NCBI GenBank assembly: GCA_964625275.1
Contig: CAZVBH010000001.1
Span: forward strand, 1 to 56,441
Source of the DNA: an uncultured Lachnoclostridium sp.
GTDB lineage: Bacteria; Bacillota; Clostridia; Lachnospirales; Lachnospiraceae
Reading direction: 5' to 3'
Length of the DNA stretch: 56,441 bases
Below, one piece after another: positions 56,224 through 56,441 of the stretch (positions are counted from its first letter, which is position 1; each line of letters opens with the position of its first letter). Below the pieces are notes generated by a model. That model searched no databases and was not told where the DNA came from. It saw only the letters and a list, made by a program, of their open reading frames with translations. The position numbers and the translations under genes are program-made.

Positions 56224-56441
56224 ATAAGCATTAAATATCAGGAACATATTTTAGGCGTTTTAGATATAAAAGGAAATTCATCTTATATCAAAAATCGCAG
56301 CTTATTTTAAGACTTTTGCCCACAAAGCAAAGGCCTTTTTTAAAACTAAAATAGCCACGCAATGAAAGAAAGAAATATACAAATATTGTTGCTATTTTTG
56401 GTGTCTTGTGCTAAGATAAGACTAAGATAATTATTTTGACA

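Overview
56.4-kb chromosomal segment of a low-GC Firmicute. Gene content and order suggest Clostridia: a yaaO-like decarboxylase / kinase / holB / yaaT(ricT) / yabB-like / rsmI block, a spmA-like gene, mtnN-luxS, glgCD and dnaD/dnaC-type helicase-loader genes. The taxonomic call is inference only. Most of the window is housekeeping: sbcDC, the replication/translation-associated block, S11 and M15 DD-carboxypeptidases, murC, araB/araD-like genes, an aldose epimerase, pepD, a GH13 enzyme, a second SbcCD-like pair (yhaO/yhaN type), a trigger-factor-like lipoprotein, a four-subunit 2-oxoacid:ferredoxin oxidoreductase, an ABC-2 exporter, prs and glgCD. Two visibly AT-richer accessory patches interrupt it. 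Patch (i), 1-7850, is a mosaic. It holds a duplicated Fic/Doc-type gene 5' region (one copy degraded), tandem terminator+promoter units, a disrupted FtsX-like permease with a two-component system, an AAA/PD-(D/E)xK-like ATPase, and a tightly coupled two-gene cassette at 6402-7822. That cassette encodes a small LSGG-motif protein plus a mini P-loop ATPase fused to a Toprim/DUF4435-like domain, and it is my best candidate for an undescribed OLD/PARIS-like defence module. Patch (ii), 45.0-47.5 kb, carries two orphan FtsX-like permease genes bracketed by halves of a 116-bp structured repeat element that also occurs intact at 1666-1781 and 33269-33384. Other notable signals are four perfect tandem DnaA boxes between murC and the helicase-loader operon, and a recurring CTCATTTTGAG palindrome (three copies). 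There is also a fused double MerR regulator and several in-frame coding tandem repeats. I recognised no rRNA, tRNA, CRISPR array or intact IS element.
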